From the IMG/VR virus record IMGVR_UViG_3300031237_000273, positions 2,579-66,578 of that record: a stretch of 64,000 bases of DNA; one strand, given 5' to 3'. Made by a program: the position numbers and the translations under genes. The notes beneath the pieces were generated by a model, which saw only the letters and a program-made list of their open reading frames with translations, had not been told where the DNA came from and did no database searches. Below are positions 11,194 through 20,225 of this stretch, piece after piece. Positions within the stretch are counted from its first letter, which is position 1; each line of letters opens with the position of its first letter. Source of the DNA: a virus.

Positions 11194-11281
11194 GCCCAAC
11201 AATCGGTTCAAATCGTTCGGTTAGCTCACAGGAACAGCCAAACGCTACGCGCTTGCCCGCCCTTTAACCTGGTCGTTAGTA
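11194..11281 (+). other. attC site 3 (Pseudomonas-type)
   Basis: GCCCAAC-aatcg-GTT[C]AAA ... TTTAAC-ctggtc-GTTAGTA. Confidence 0.85.
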
Positions 11282-11338
11282 TCCGCAACGGGTCGGTGGC
11301 TGCCCTTCGTGACAGTCAGTAATCGGCCAGGAGCAATC
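11281..11338. repeat. Pair of 24-bp palindromic sites (34-bp period)
   Basis: Cores GGGTCG 11290 and CGGCCA 11324. Confidence 0.8.
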
Positions 11339-11560
11339 AGCATACAAGAAAGTTCATGTCTACGTGCACTGTTAGATTTGTCGTCTATACTAATCAAGCA
11401 ACGTGAGCTTATCACTTTTTCAACGTGTTTAATTGCTGGCGCACTCACAGATTAAATCTATCATTGCAGCTTGGCACTGGAATGCTTTTTTCAATGCAAC
11501 TACATTCTCAATAAAGTTTGCATGCCGCTCAACTGTAGCTTTTCCTCAATGGAGACTTAC

Positions 11561-12313
11561 ATGATGCCACCAGACGAAATACTAAAAAAGATACATGAAT
11601 ACGTTTACTGGCATTACGATATTGACGATGGCTATTCAACACACGACCAAGAGATGGAGATAAAAATAGAAATAGAAGCGTACAATAAATATATACATCT
11701 TTTCGATGGCATTCCGGACGATATAGCAAGGGAAATACAGGGCTACTGCAATCATGACGACAACTCCTCATGGAGTGACACTTTTGATCTCTGCGAAGAT
11801 GAGATAGAGGCATACAAATCCATAACGAGCTATCACGATGAGGAAATTGACGAGATCACAGTAAAACGATTAATTAATGCCGCAAAAACAGATGTCGCCT
11901 CAGAGCTTTCTAGTAGCGAGTACTTATACATCTGGGACACTTTCCAAAAATATTTAAGCGAAATAAAAACCATAAGAAATATTTCTCGTGAAGTCGAGCC
12001 GTTTCGCGACTTACTTATAGAAATGGAAGAAATAATCGCTTCCGAGTGCTACAATGGCAATATTCAAAATTATAGTTCATGGGGTGTATGGGACGGCGAA
12101 GGTAGATTTTTCAGATACCCAGTTACCTTTTCATCCCCACTATTGGAGAAAAAGGAGCGACATATTCCAGATCACCTTACTACAGACAACCTGATCCTTG
12201 GGAAGTATAAGTTTGGCGCGAATCATCTATATATTTACAAGGCACTGATAAAAGTCATAAGGCATATGGAGAAAAAATATGAAATATCGCTTACTGATCT
12301 GAATAAAAAATGA
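11561..12313 (+). CDS. Hypothetical acidic protein
   Basis: Low-GC ORF; GGAG RBS before ATG 11561; hairpin gtgccctt...aagggcac after the stop. Confidence 0.7.
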   Translation: MMPPDEILKKIHEYVYWHYDIDDGYSTHDQEMEIKIEIEAYNKYIHLFDGIPDDIAREIQGYCNHDDNSSWSDTFDLCEDEIEAYKSITSYHDEEIDEITVKRLINAAKTDVASELSSSEYLYIWDTFQKYLSEIKTIRNISREVEPFRDLLIEMEEIIASECYNGNIQNYSSWGVWDGEGRFFRYPVTFSSPLLEKKERHIPDHLTTDNLILGKYKFGANHLYIYKALIKVIRHMEKKYEISLTDLNKK

Positions 12314-12460
12314 AAAGTGCCCTTGTTTTCCTGACGAAGGGCACGGCGAACGCGACATTATTCGAGAAGAAACACGACGCGGATGGCAAGGCCAAATTGC
12401 TAGATTAGTGTATGCGGCAAATCAAACAACGCTGCCGACATGCCAGACAGTTTATCCATT

Positions 12461-12484
12461 GGCCGCTTCTGGCCGAGCAGATGT
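12461..12484. repeat. Single degenerate 24-bp site (TGGCCG core at 12470)
   Basis: ggccgc-ttc-TGGCCG; right arm degenerate. Confidence 0.5.
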
Positions 12485-12690
12485 GCTCGACGGGGCGCCA
12501 ACGCACGTTTTCGCCATTGGCTTCTACCGTCTGGAGGTCCCGACGCAAATAGTCCAAGGTGGTCATAGTCAAAACTCCTCTAGGTCGGGTAATTCATCGA
12601 CCTGTTCGCCCCCCCTTCGATACACCTCCGATTACTTCCCGACATGCCCGAAAGGCAAAGGTTTGTAGGCGTCCGAATAGTCCGAAGTCC

Positions 12691-13803
12691 CTAAGGGTTT
12701 CGTTTTCTTCGGACAGACTCAGTTACCAGGACATGCGGTCCGTCCCGCTCAACTATTCCACGCTTCTGCAAGCCTTCACACGCCTCCTTGGCGCGGTTGC
12801 GCTCCAGCCCAGCAACCTCGCAGCGCGCCTTCCAGTCATCGAACAGGATGTTGATCGGATGATCTTCTCGGCCCTGCTTGGCAAGCCGCGTGGCGACCTC
12901 TCCCCATATCTGGTTCAGGACGTCCAGAGCCTTCTGCTGGTTCTTCCCCTGCGGCTTCGTCGCAGGAACAGGTGCGGTGTACTCAGTCAACTTCAACGCC
13001 GCGCCGCCAACCAAACTTCCGCTATCGTCGTGCACCGGCACCCCCACTAGCTCGAAGGCGAGCGGCGGCGGCTCTTCTGCGTCCTTCATCTTGCGCGGAG
13101 TCAGTCGGATCAGTTTGTCTACGTCGCTCCGACTGACTTCGTACTCGGCATCAGCCGCCCCCTTCAGGGCGGAAGACCCACGCGCGCCCTTTTCCCCGTC
13201 CTTACCGCTATGGTGGACGATCAGCACAGTAGCCTTCCACTGTCGGCGTAGCACGTCGGCATTGCGCACAAACAGCCCAACTTCCGTTGCGCTGTTTTCG
13301 TCGCCGCCGAAGTTGCGGGCCATCGTGTCGATAACGATCAGAGCCGGGGCTTCGCCGGTTGCGTCTGCGAGTTGCTGAACCGACTCGGCTACCTTCGCCA
13401 CGTTGGTGGCGCTGGATAGATCGGTGGGGGTGTCGGACACGAATAACAGTGCCGGCATGTCGGTGACATTGTGCTGTGCCCATGCTCGCAAGCGTCGCGC
13501 CAGCCCATTGTGGCCTTCGCCCGCAATGTAGAACACTGTTCCCTGCTTCACATCATGCCCGTGGAACGGGATACCCATAGCAATGCAGCACGACACATCC
13601 AGGGCCAAGAAGGATTTGCCCTTGCCGGGTGGGCCATACACTACAGCAAGCGCATCTTCCTCGATGTATCCGCGAACTAGCCACGCGACTGGCTTCACTG
13701 GCATGTCGCAGGCGGCGATGAACCGGAACGGCGTTGTGCTGGAAAGACGCTGGTCAACCTCGGCCCACTGGTCGCCATAACGGTCTTGTACTTTTGCATT
13801 CAT
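12691..13803 (-). CDS. RepA-like AAA_25 helicase of the satellite
   Basis: WLVRGYI, GPPGKGKS Walker A, YIAGEG, IVIDT, GDENS, IVHHSGK, RGSSAL. Confidence 0.9.
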   Translation of the reverse strand: MNAKVQDRYGDQWAEVDQRLSSTTPFRFIAACDMPVKPVAWLVRGYIEEDALAVVYGPPGKGKSFLALDVSCCIAMGIPFHGHDVKQGTVFYIAGEGHNGLARRLRAWAQHNVTDMPALLFVSDTPTDLSSATNVAKVAESVQQLADATGEAPALIVIDTMARNFGGDENSATEVGLFVRNADVLRRQWKATVLIVHHSGKDGEKGARGSSALKGAADAEYEVSRSDVDKLIRLTPRKMKDAEEPPPLAFELVGVPVHDDSGSLVGGAALKLTEYTAPVPATKPQGKNQQKALDVLNQIWGEVATRLAKQGREDHPINILFDDWKARCEVAGLERNRAKEACEGLQKRGIVERDGPHVLVTESVRRKRNP

Positions 13804-14192
13804 ACACGCTCCTCCCATTGAGCCAGACGGCGACGTGCCAACTCCAAGCGGTCTAGATCTGACTTCGGCAGCTTCTCGCCTTGAGCTAGCAGGGACAGGC
13901 CAATCGCGACGATGTGACGCTCGTGCTCAACTGCCGCACGACTGGGCCCTCTTCGGGGGAAGCGCTGGCCGCCATCAGGAAACAGGTCGCGCATCTCCAG
14001 GCCGACAGCAGTGACGATTTGCGCCGCCGAGCAGCCAGCCCAGCATTTCAGCAGTAGCGTGCCGTCCCCTGCTTCCGTGATCTTCAGGCTCGGATTGCGG
14101 TCATCATGAGCTGGGCAGCAGGCGACCCATTGGCTTGGTTTAAGGGGGCGCACCTTATTTAGACGCGGCAACAGCTTGTCGGCGGGCATCAT
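13800..14192 (-). CDS. Primase zinc-finger (CHC2) domain protein
   Basis: ACCPAHDDRNPSL...LLKCWAGC. Confidence 0.85.
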   Translation of the reverse strand: MMPADKLLPRLNKVRPLKPSQWVACCPAHDDRNPSLKITEAGDGTLLLKCWAGCSAAQIVTAVGLEMRDLFPDGGQRFPRRGPSRAAVEHERHIVAIGLSLLAQGEKLPKSDLDRLELARRRLAQWEERV

Positions 14193-14273
14193 TGCTGTAC
14201 CTCGCAAAGCCAGCAAAGGGAGATCAGGACCAAGGGGGGCTGTAGGCCGACGGCATGCTCGTTGCGGAGCAAG

Positions 14274-14468
14274 TCAGTGGCGCGATTGTGAAATGCGGAC
14301 GAGTTGCTCGCAGCGCCGTGCTTCAAGGGCGGTGCTCCGAACGGAGATTTGGAGACAGCTGTGCGAAGGTTTGCCGACCGGGCAATCGAGCGCGCTTTTC
14401 GATTTGACTGAGCCTGCATCACTTCGAGGAAATTTTTCTTCGCTAAGGCGGCCATTTTCATTCTGCAT
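14274..14468 (-). CDS. Small hypothetical satellite protein
   Basis: ORF coupled to the alpA 3' end; no motif. Confidence 0.35.
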   Translation of the reverse strand: MQNENGRLSEEKFPRSDAGSVKSKSALDCPVGKPSHSCLQISVRSTALEARRCEQLVRISQSRH

Positions 14469-14679
14469 CCCTCGCTTCGATTTTGGCGCGCAGCCATGCA
14501 TCCACCTCAGCCACGACGTAATACGCAGCAGCCTGGCGGGTGTCGCCGTCTTTGATCGGCTTCGGGAAGGTCGGGTCTTTCTTGCGGAGCTTGTCTAGGC
14601 CGGAGCGGGACAGGTCCAGCCATTGACAGAGCGCTGGCTGACGGATGAGAGCTTTCGGGGGAATTGTTACTGGTTGCAT
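14458..14679 (-). CDS. alpA: AlpA-family regulator/excisionase
   Basis: LIRQPALCQWLDLSRSGLDKLRKKDPTFPKPIK...EVDAW; GAGG RBS before ATG 14679. Confidence 0.85.
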   Translation of the reverse strand: MQPVTIPPKALIRQPALCQWLDLSRSGLDKLRKKDPTFPKPIKDGDTRQAAAYYVVAEVDAWLRAKIEARDAE

Positions 14680-14751
14680 TTGAGCGCCTCCGTATCGGTA
14701 CGGAGCCATTTTTGTTGAACCCCCGATTGCTGTCGCAGTGCTCAAAAGAGA

Positions 14752-15414
14752 TTAGTTAGAGGCTTTTTTCCCCCCTTTTTTTGCACGTCTGATCAGTTTT
14801 TCGATTTCGACAATATCCTCTGGCACCTCGACTCCTGCAGCAACGAGAAGCTCTCGGGCGAGTTCTGCAGCTCTGCGTTTGGTCATCTTCGCTAAGGATG
14901 ACTGCCGTAGCTTGTCTGCGGTATCAGCCAGCAAAGCATCTCGCTGAAACTTCGGCTTCACGCCACGAATAGTTGGAGCGGCCTCCAACTTCTGCTCGCT
15001 AATATCCAACACATCGGACATCACGGTGGCCATCGCCTCAAGGTCAGAAAGCAAGCCACCGCTGAAAAAGCACCCATGGCTACGCCAGCAGGCGTCGTTG
15101 ATGAGACCCTCGACGAAAGGAGAGAAATTGCTTAGCCGCTGTAGCGTTCCACGAAGACTCAGGTGCGCCCGCTGTATTTCGCGAATTTCTTCGTGGCGCG
15201 CTGGTCCTTTTTCCGTTTCGCGGGTGACCGCTCTGTAGGACCCAAGCCTTTGCTTTAACCATTCCTGAAGATCGCCGTCGTGATGTTCGGCCAGGTCAGC
15301 GATAATTGCCTGAGCAGGATCAGACAGGCTTTCATCGACCAAATCACCTGTACCCCACTCGGGTTTATTGTCGAATACTGGAAGTGCCTTTGATCGCTTG
15401 CCTCGTTTCGTCAT
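14752..15414 (-). CDS. Hypothetical protein coupled to the integrase
   Basis: 220-aa ORF with ATGA overlap with int. Confidence 0.7.
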   Translation of the reverse strand: MTKRGKRSKALPVFDNKPEWGTGDLVDESLSDPAQAIIADLAEHHDGDLQEWLKQRLGSYRAVTRETEKGPARHEEIREIQRAHLSLRGTLQRLSNFSPFVEGLINDACWRSHGCFFSGGLLSDLEAMATVMSDVLDISEQKLEAAPTIRGVKPKFQRDALLADTADKLRQSSLAKMTKRRAAELARELLVAAGVEVPEDIVEIEKLIRRAKKGGKKASN

Positions 15415-16724
15415 ACGTGTAACCCCCGTTTCAAGCTCACAACATCAGTGTCCCGGTGCGCAAAATCATAGGGCGTGATGTGCTTTTCCCGGTTGGCGTC
15501 CAAGTAGTCAGCCCACCACGTCATCATCAGTCGACGCTCTTCCAGATGCTCAGCCTTGTGGATATAGGCCGCGCGCACGCCGTTGCGCTCTTGGTGACTC
15601 ATTTGCCGTTCAACCGCGTCACGCGACCACAGGCCGGACTCGACCAACGCGGAACAGGCCATAGTGCGGAAACCGTGCCCGCAAATCTCTATCTTGGTGT
15701 CGTACCCCATGCGGCGCAGTGACTTGTTTACGGTGTTCTCCGACATTGGCCGCCAGTGGTGGTGATCTCCTGGCAGCACCAGCTCAAAACGACCGCTCAG
15801 CTGGCGTATCTGTTCCAGCACCTCAAGCGTCTGGCGTGACAACGGGACAAGGTGCGGAGTCCCCATCTTGGCTCCTCGGTGCGACCTCTTGACACCCTCG
15901 ATTGGTGCCCGTTCGCCCGGAATCGTCCACATGCTCCGGGTAAAGTCGAACTCAGACCAGCGAGCAAAACGCAGCTCACTAGAACGAATGAACACCAGTA
16001 GAGCGAGGCTTACAGCAAGACAGGTAAGCGGTCGTCCGGTGTCAGCCTCGCAGCGTTGCAACAACTCCGGCAACCGCTCAAGGGGCAAGGCAGGGCGGTG
16101 TTTGGTCTTGCGGGTGGCCGTCCCCCCCACCAGATCAAGCGCCGGGTTGTATTCGATGAAATCGCGCTGAACGGCGATTCGCATGATTCCGGCGATGCGC
16201 TGGCGCAGTCGCCCAACCACATCAAGCGCGCCGCGCTTCTCTACCGCCTTCAGACAGGCCAGCAGGTCGCGGGTTTTCAGATCGGATACGGGGCGTTTGC
16301 CCAGCATGGGGAAAAGATCGACCTCGATCTCTTTCAACACCCTGACCGCGTGATCCTTCGACCATTTTCCGGACATGCTGGCGTGCCATTCCAGGGCCAA
16401 CGCCTCAAAGGTGTTCCCCGCCTCACTGGCCGCCTCGATCTTTGCTTGCTTAGCGCTCTCGATGGGGTCTTGGCCATGCGCCAGCAACTCGAGTGCATCG
16501 GCTCGACGTGCGCGGGCGGCTTTCAGAGTGAGAGCCGGGTAGTTGCCGAACGTAGCCAGACCGGGCTTACCGTTTGGCTTTTTATACTTGAAGCGCCAGA
16601 CCTTGGTGCCGGTAGCCTTTACAAGCAAAAAAAGCCCCTGCCCGTCGAACAGGGTGTAATCCTTCTCGCGGGACTTGGCGGCTTCACATTTGGGGTCTGT
16701 CAGAGGAGTTACGGTGCGCGCCAT
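15411..16724 (-). CDS. int: P4-like tyrosine integrase
   Basis: Arm-binding N-terminus (DGQGLFLLV..G.KVWRFKY), R(SSE), HGFR, H, Y catalytic residues; adjacent to tRNA. Confidence 0.95.
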   Translation of the reverse strand: MARTVTPLTDPKCEAAKSREKDYTLFDGQGLFLLVKATGTKVWRFKYKKPNGKPGLATFGNYPALTLKAARARRADALELLAHGQDPIESAKQAKIEAASEAGNTFEALALEWHASMSGKWSKDHAVRVLKEIEVDLFPMLGKRPVSDLKTRDLLACLKAVEKRGALDVVGRLRQRIAGIMRIAVQRDFIEYNPALDLVGGTATRKTKHRPALPLERLPELLQRCEADTGRPLTCLAVSLALLVFIRSSELRFARWSEFDFTRSMWTIPGERAPIEGVKRSHRGAKMGTPHLVPLSRQTLEVLEQIRQLSGRFELVLPGDHHHWRPMSENTVNKSLRRMGYDTKIEICGHGFRTMACSALVESGLWSRDAVERQMSHQERNGVRAAYIHKAEHLEERRLMMTWWADYLDANREKHITPYDFAHRDTDVVSLKRGLHV

Positions 16725-16814
16725 AGGTATACGCCTCGATATCGAACCGATATATACCTAAACGTATACCTAAATCGTGGGGCTGTACAGGAACATACGG
16801 GGATATTCAGACAC

Positions 16815-16840
16815 AAAAAAACCGGCTATAAGGCCGGTTT
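16815..16840 (-). terminator. Rho-independent terminator after tRNA-Leu
   Basis: aaaccggc/gccggttt stem plus T7 on the minus strand. Confidence 0.75.
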
Positions 16841-16884
16841 CTCTAGGTTTCAGGTGTTTACGGGAACATCTGAAATCATACTAT

Positions 16885-16971
16885 TGGTGCCCGAAGCCGG
16901 AATCGAACCGGCACGCCCTTACGAGCGGGGGATTTTAAGTCCCATGCGTCTACCAGTTTCGCCATTCGGGC
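16885..16971 (-). tRNA. tRNA-Leu (anticodon UAA)
   Basis: GCCCGAATGGCGAAACTGGTAGACGCATGGGACTTAAAATCCC...GGTTCGATTCCGGCTTCGGGCACCA, 87 nt, long variable arm. Confidence 0.97.
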
Positions 16972-17046
16972 GGTAGCGCGGTGAAGCAGTCTGAAGACTG
17001 TCAAATAACGATCTGGCAGTTCTGACGCCTGTGCAGCAGAGGGGGA

Positions 17047-17075
17047 AATATATACATCCCGCTCCGGTGAAGCAA
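17047..17075 (-). promoter_or_regulatory. Putative sigma70 promoter of tRNA-Leu
   Basis: TTGCTT-17-TATATT on the minus strand. Confidence 0.5.
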
Positions 17076-17123
17076 GTTTGCGACTGGCCTTTTCAAGACT
17101 AAATCTTGCAGGACAGTGCAAAT

Positions 17124-17157
17124 AAAAAAGCTCCGTAAATCATAGATCTACGGAGCT
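17124..17157 (-). terminator. Terminator downstream of the tRNA-Cys 3' fragment
   Basis: agctccgtaga...tttacggagct followed by a T run. Confidence 0.7.
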
Positions 17158-17166
17158 CGTTTAAAG

Positions 17167-17214
17167 TGGAGGCCGAGGTCGGAATCGAACCGGCGTAGGT
17201 GGATTTGCAATCCA
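17167..17214 (-). repeat. 3' half of tRNA-Cys(GCA): prophage att direct-repeat copy
   Basis: GGATTGCAAATCCACCTACGCCGGTTCGATTCCGACCTCGGCCTCCA with no 5' half/D arm. Confidence 0.9.
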
Positions 17215-17252
17215 TCCACAAAACAAGCTATTTCAATAGGTTAGCAGCTTTA

Positions 17253-17328
17253 CCGTTCCGCAAGCTACTGATTTTTAAAGGCCTGTATCCTACGGCCTTC
17301 AAGGAGCCAGTTTTGGGTTGCGGAACGG
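17253..17328. repeat. 11-bp inverted repeat next to att (putative integrase arm sites)
   Basis: CCGTTCCGCAA 17253-17263 / TTGCGGAACGG 17318-17328. Confidence 0.6.
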
Positions 17329-17440
17329 ATTTTTCCTCTTTATCCCTGCCTCCGGCCCTTTTGGCGCTCGGATCTGCGCCTCCGCATGTGTCACTGCCGT
17401 TGCCGCCTGCTACGCTGAATCTTCCACGGAGGAATCGCCC

Positions 17441-17650
17441 TTGCCAAATTCAGACCTGCTCCCTTCCCTGCTATTTAAAATCAACGAAAATCAGCTCGCC
17501 CTCGAAGCAGCCATCCTAGAAATCTCGAACTGGGTGGAGCAACGCGGATCGGCCGACGTCGCCGATAATGTTCGTGGTGCCCTGGACACCATCGACAAAA
17601 ATGAGGAGTTCATCAAGCTGACGCTCGCAGTCCTAATGACGCCTGAGTGA
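17441..17650 (+). CDS. Conserved 69-aa hypothetical protein, copy 1
   Basis: TTG start with GGAGGA RBS; near-identical to 21096-21305. Confidence 0.8.
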   Translation: MPNSDLLPSLLFKINENQLALEAAILEISNWVEQRGSADVADNVRGALDTIDKNEEFIKLTLAVLMTPE

Positions 17651-17869
17651 CAGCTATCGGCCGAGGCCGTGTAAAAACGTTTTTGAGCGCGTCAGGTACT
17701 CAAAACCGGACTGGAAATCGCATTTCTACGCGAAATCCACATCTGCTGACGTGCCGATAAATTTCAGATTTAACGTAGACGCGCACACTTCAATTTTGGC
17801 GAAGCGTTTTTACACACTCTGGGCCAAGAGCAGTCGTTCACCATTGGCAGATTCCGACCCACGATCAGC
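17649..17869. repeat. Two 24-bp sites, first interrupted by a MITE
   Basis: Cores CGGCC 17658 and CGACCC 17855; 34-bp period once the MITE is removed. Confidence 0.8.
17663..17821. mobile_element. MITE (159 bp)
   Basis: TIRs gaggccgtgtaaaaacg / cgtttttacacactctg; GGCC duplication. Confidence 0.8.
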
Positions 17870-17968
17870 CCAAGGATGGACTGGTCATGCTAGGAAAGCA
17901 TTTTCAAGGGCTTGAAGTGATTTTTTGTTACCTGTAGATTATCTATAGATTCTCCATGGTTTGAAAAA

Positions 17969-18289
17969 ATGTCTACCACTTACCCGTCCGCAGATGAAAT
18001 CGCAGCTAAAATCCGCTACCTCCATGAGGCCACTTTTGCTGGCAAAGCTCGCGGTCGCTTCAAGATCGAAGATGATCTGATGCGAGCATTATCAGGTCGC
18101 CCAGGACGGCTTCAGGACAACACCTTTGAGGGCATCAAGGCTGCTTGTGCCGAGGATGGATTGATGATCACCAGGCTTAAACACCATGGGATCTATACCG
18201 TCATGGAGACCAAGAAGATGGTCGCCTGGCGAAACGTACCAGTACGTCTTTTGACCAGGCTCGAAAAAGAGTGGGAGTGGGAGGATTGA
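17969..18289 (+). CDS. Hypothetical protein
   Basis: 106-aa ORF within a site-bounded module. Confidence 0.7.
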   Translation: MSTTYPSADEIAAKIRYLHEATFAGKARGRFKIEDDLMRALSGRPGRLQDNTFEGIKAACAEDGLMITRLKHHGIYTVMETKKMVAWRNVPVRLLTRLEKEWEWED

Positions 18290-18351
18290 GATCTGAGGCA
18301 ACTCGGGGCCATTAAAACGTGGGTTGAGTCCATCATCGCGGAGCATTTTCA

Positions 18352-18669
18352 ATGACCAAACATAGCTATAGCGTCACTGTAGATCTCAGGAGCATCAAGA
18401 CCTGGGGGAAAGCTTTTAAGCATGTTGCCAGCTTGATCCGGTCGGGGGTAATGAATGAGCATGGGTTCGCTGCTTTAAAAGGGTTAACAGACGTTCGCTT
18501 TCGAAACTGGTCGATCGCAATCAGGTTCAAAACCGCAGATAACCGTGACGAGTTCTGTCGCGAGATCCGACGCGTCTTACGTCCTAGTGTCGTCGACAGG
18601 ATTGTATTGAAACCAACGACCCCACGCAGAGGCCTCTCGCAACCCATAAGGTTTTTGCAAGCCTCTTAA
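18352..18669 (+). CDS. Hypothetical basic protein
   Basis: 105-aa ORF with GGAG RBS, co-oriented with the upstream gene. Confidence 0.6.
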   Translation: MTKHSYSVTVDLRSIKTWGKAFKHVASLIRSGVMNEHGFAALKGLTDVRFRNWSIAIRFKTADNRDEFCREIRRVLRPSVVDRIVLKPTTPRRGLSQPIRFLQAS

Positions 18670-18751
18670 ACAGCAGACCCGCGCGATCAAGGCGCCTTGA
18701 GAATCCTCGCCAAGGCGTCCTATTCGGCCTCCGGAAGTGTGTGAGGCTAAC

Positions 18752-18775
18752 GGCTGCTATGGGTCGAAATCGGCC
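18752..18775. repeat. 24-bp site (GGGTCG core at 18761)
   Basis: ggctgc-tat-GGGTCG-aaa-tcggcc. Confidence 0.7.
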
Positions 18776-18869
18776 ATTTTGCGGCTGAGAATCAAGCTGG
18801 CTAGCAGCAACCCTAACGAAGGTCTTCCAGCCAAAATCGGCCCCTTGCACCCCATAGATTTACACCCAT

Positions 18870-18956
18870 GATGGATTGTACCGATTAACGACAAAAACCC
18901 TTAAAACAAAGGCTTATAGCAACAATCAATTTTCTCCGTACCAGTTCTGTACCAGC
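18870..18956. repeat. att-like remnant, homologous to 20817-20902
   Basis: Shared gatggattgNacc...aaaacaaaggc...cgtaccaR-N3-Ygtaccag (11-bp-period direct repeat). Confidence 0.6.
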
Positions 18957-19003
18957 TACCATCTCAACTGGTCTTTTCGTTACGGATAACTGCCTTTAAA
19001 TCA

Positions 19004-19027
19004 GGCAGATAACGGCCACATCGGATC
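19004..19027. repeat. 24-bp site (CGGCCA core at 19013)
   Basis: ggcaga-taa-CGGCCA-cat-cggatc. Confidence 0.65.
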
Positions 19028-19205
19028 TAGCGAAAAGCAACCTTCGTCCCTGATGATGACTACAGATAAAAATCGACAGAAATTCAGCAGTGTTTCGAAC
19101 GCGACCTTGAAAACCAGACCGACATAGGGTGGTAGAAAAGCAAACATCTACTACTCTGAAAAAAACGCTCATGGCAAACAACAAGTCATAGTCAATGGTA
19201 GCGAT

Positions 19206-20225
19206 ATGAATCAACATCCTTTCCTGAACGTGACGCTGGCCACTTGTATCTGGCTACTTTCAAGCCAGCACTGTTATTCTGTTGAAAACTCGAATTGCTC
19301 TATTATTGACGCCGCCACCGACAAATGTGGGAGTATGATTGATCCCAGAAAAGGCCCTACGGATGATGGATATTCGCCATCAGTTATCAAGATTGAACAT
19401 GCTATCCTGCTAGTAACTAAATCGCAGACCGGAAAAGATATAATATCGTTTAGGGCCCGACCACCTTCAAGAGACCCAAACAATTATGCAAAATCACTCA
19501 CCGGACATGTTTTTATCTATTTAGGAAAAGAACTACCAGACGGCACAACAGTTTACTATATGGTCGCAGGCTTTTATCCAGATGAAACCGGCAACGAAAG
19601 AACACCAATATTTTCATCGATAACAGGCCCTGGCCGTGCAGAATATAAATTTTCAGACATGGCTAGCTCTACAAGTTATGATGCATATATAAGCGAGCAG
19701 CAAGCAAGGATGATTGAACAAATAGCGGAGAAGTGGGACACAAAAAACTACAACCTCTTCACTCAAAATTGTACAAACATGGTCAAGGATGTAGCAAGTT
19801 ACCTTGGCCTAAAAATGAATCACGAACATTCGAGCCTTCAACTCCCAACAGATGTTGTTGAAGAATTTTCTAGATTAAATGATAAATACTCCGCCATAGA
19901 GCATCTAAAAGATGAAGCCAAACGAGGAGATCCCGTAATAAAAAATGGGAGAGAGGATCACTATAAGCACATCAAAAATGGAATAAGTCCGCCTCCTCAT
20001 AATCCAGGTCGACCGGGCGCAGCGGACAATACTACTGTATGGGAAATTCCTTCATCTATGAAACCTGGCGGCGGTGGTGGCTCAGGGTCAGGTGGAGGGA
20101 GCGGATCTGGGAACGGGAACGGTTCTAGTGGAGACCCGACTGACTGGAGAATGAAATATGTGCCGAAGCAATATCCAACTGGTGGGGTTACGGTTTGTAC
20201 AAGTGATATGTTTGCTTGCCTGTAG
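19206..20225 (+). CDS. Putative exported permuted papain-like (His-before-Cys) protein with Gly-rich linker
   Basis: Signal-like N-terminus, GHVFIYLG, YNLFTQNCTNMV, GGGGGSGSGGGSG tract. Confidence 0.7.
   Translation: MNQHPFLNVTLATCIWLLSSQHCYSVENSNCSIIDAATDKCGSMIDPRKGPTDDGYSPSVIKIEHAILLVTKSQTGKDIISFRARPPSRDPNNYAKSLTGHVFIYLGKELPDGTTVYYMVAGFYPDETGNERTPIFSSITGPGRAEYKFSDMASSTSYDAYISEQQARMIEQIAEKWDTKNYNLFTQNCTNMVKDVASYLGLKMNHEHSSLQLPTDVVEEFSRLNDKYSAIEHLKDEAKRGDPVIKNGREDHYKHIKNGISPPPHNPGRPGAADNTTVWEIPSSMKPGGGGGSGSGGGSGSGNGNGSSGDPTDWRMKYVPKQYPTGGVTVCTSDMFACL

Larger units (their letters stand above)
1..16884 (-). mobile_element. Phage satellite / PICI-like integrative element at tRNA-Leu, with defence-type cargo; left end outside window
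   Basis: P4-type integrase directly downstream of the tRNA-Leu 3' end, then AlpA, Zn-finger primase fragment and AAA_25 helicase; no structural genes; no second tRNA-Leu 3' copy seen in the window. Confidence 0.75.

Noticed and set aside
16056-16976. 306-aa + strand ORF
   Set aside because: Antisense to the integrase and tRNA-Leu
17167-17240. Intact tRNA-Cys
   Set aside because: 5' acceptor strand and D arm are missing; this is the att duplication
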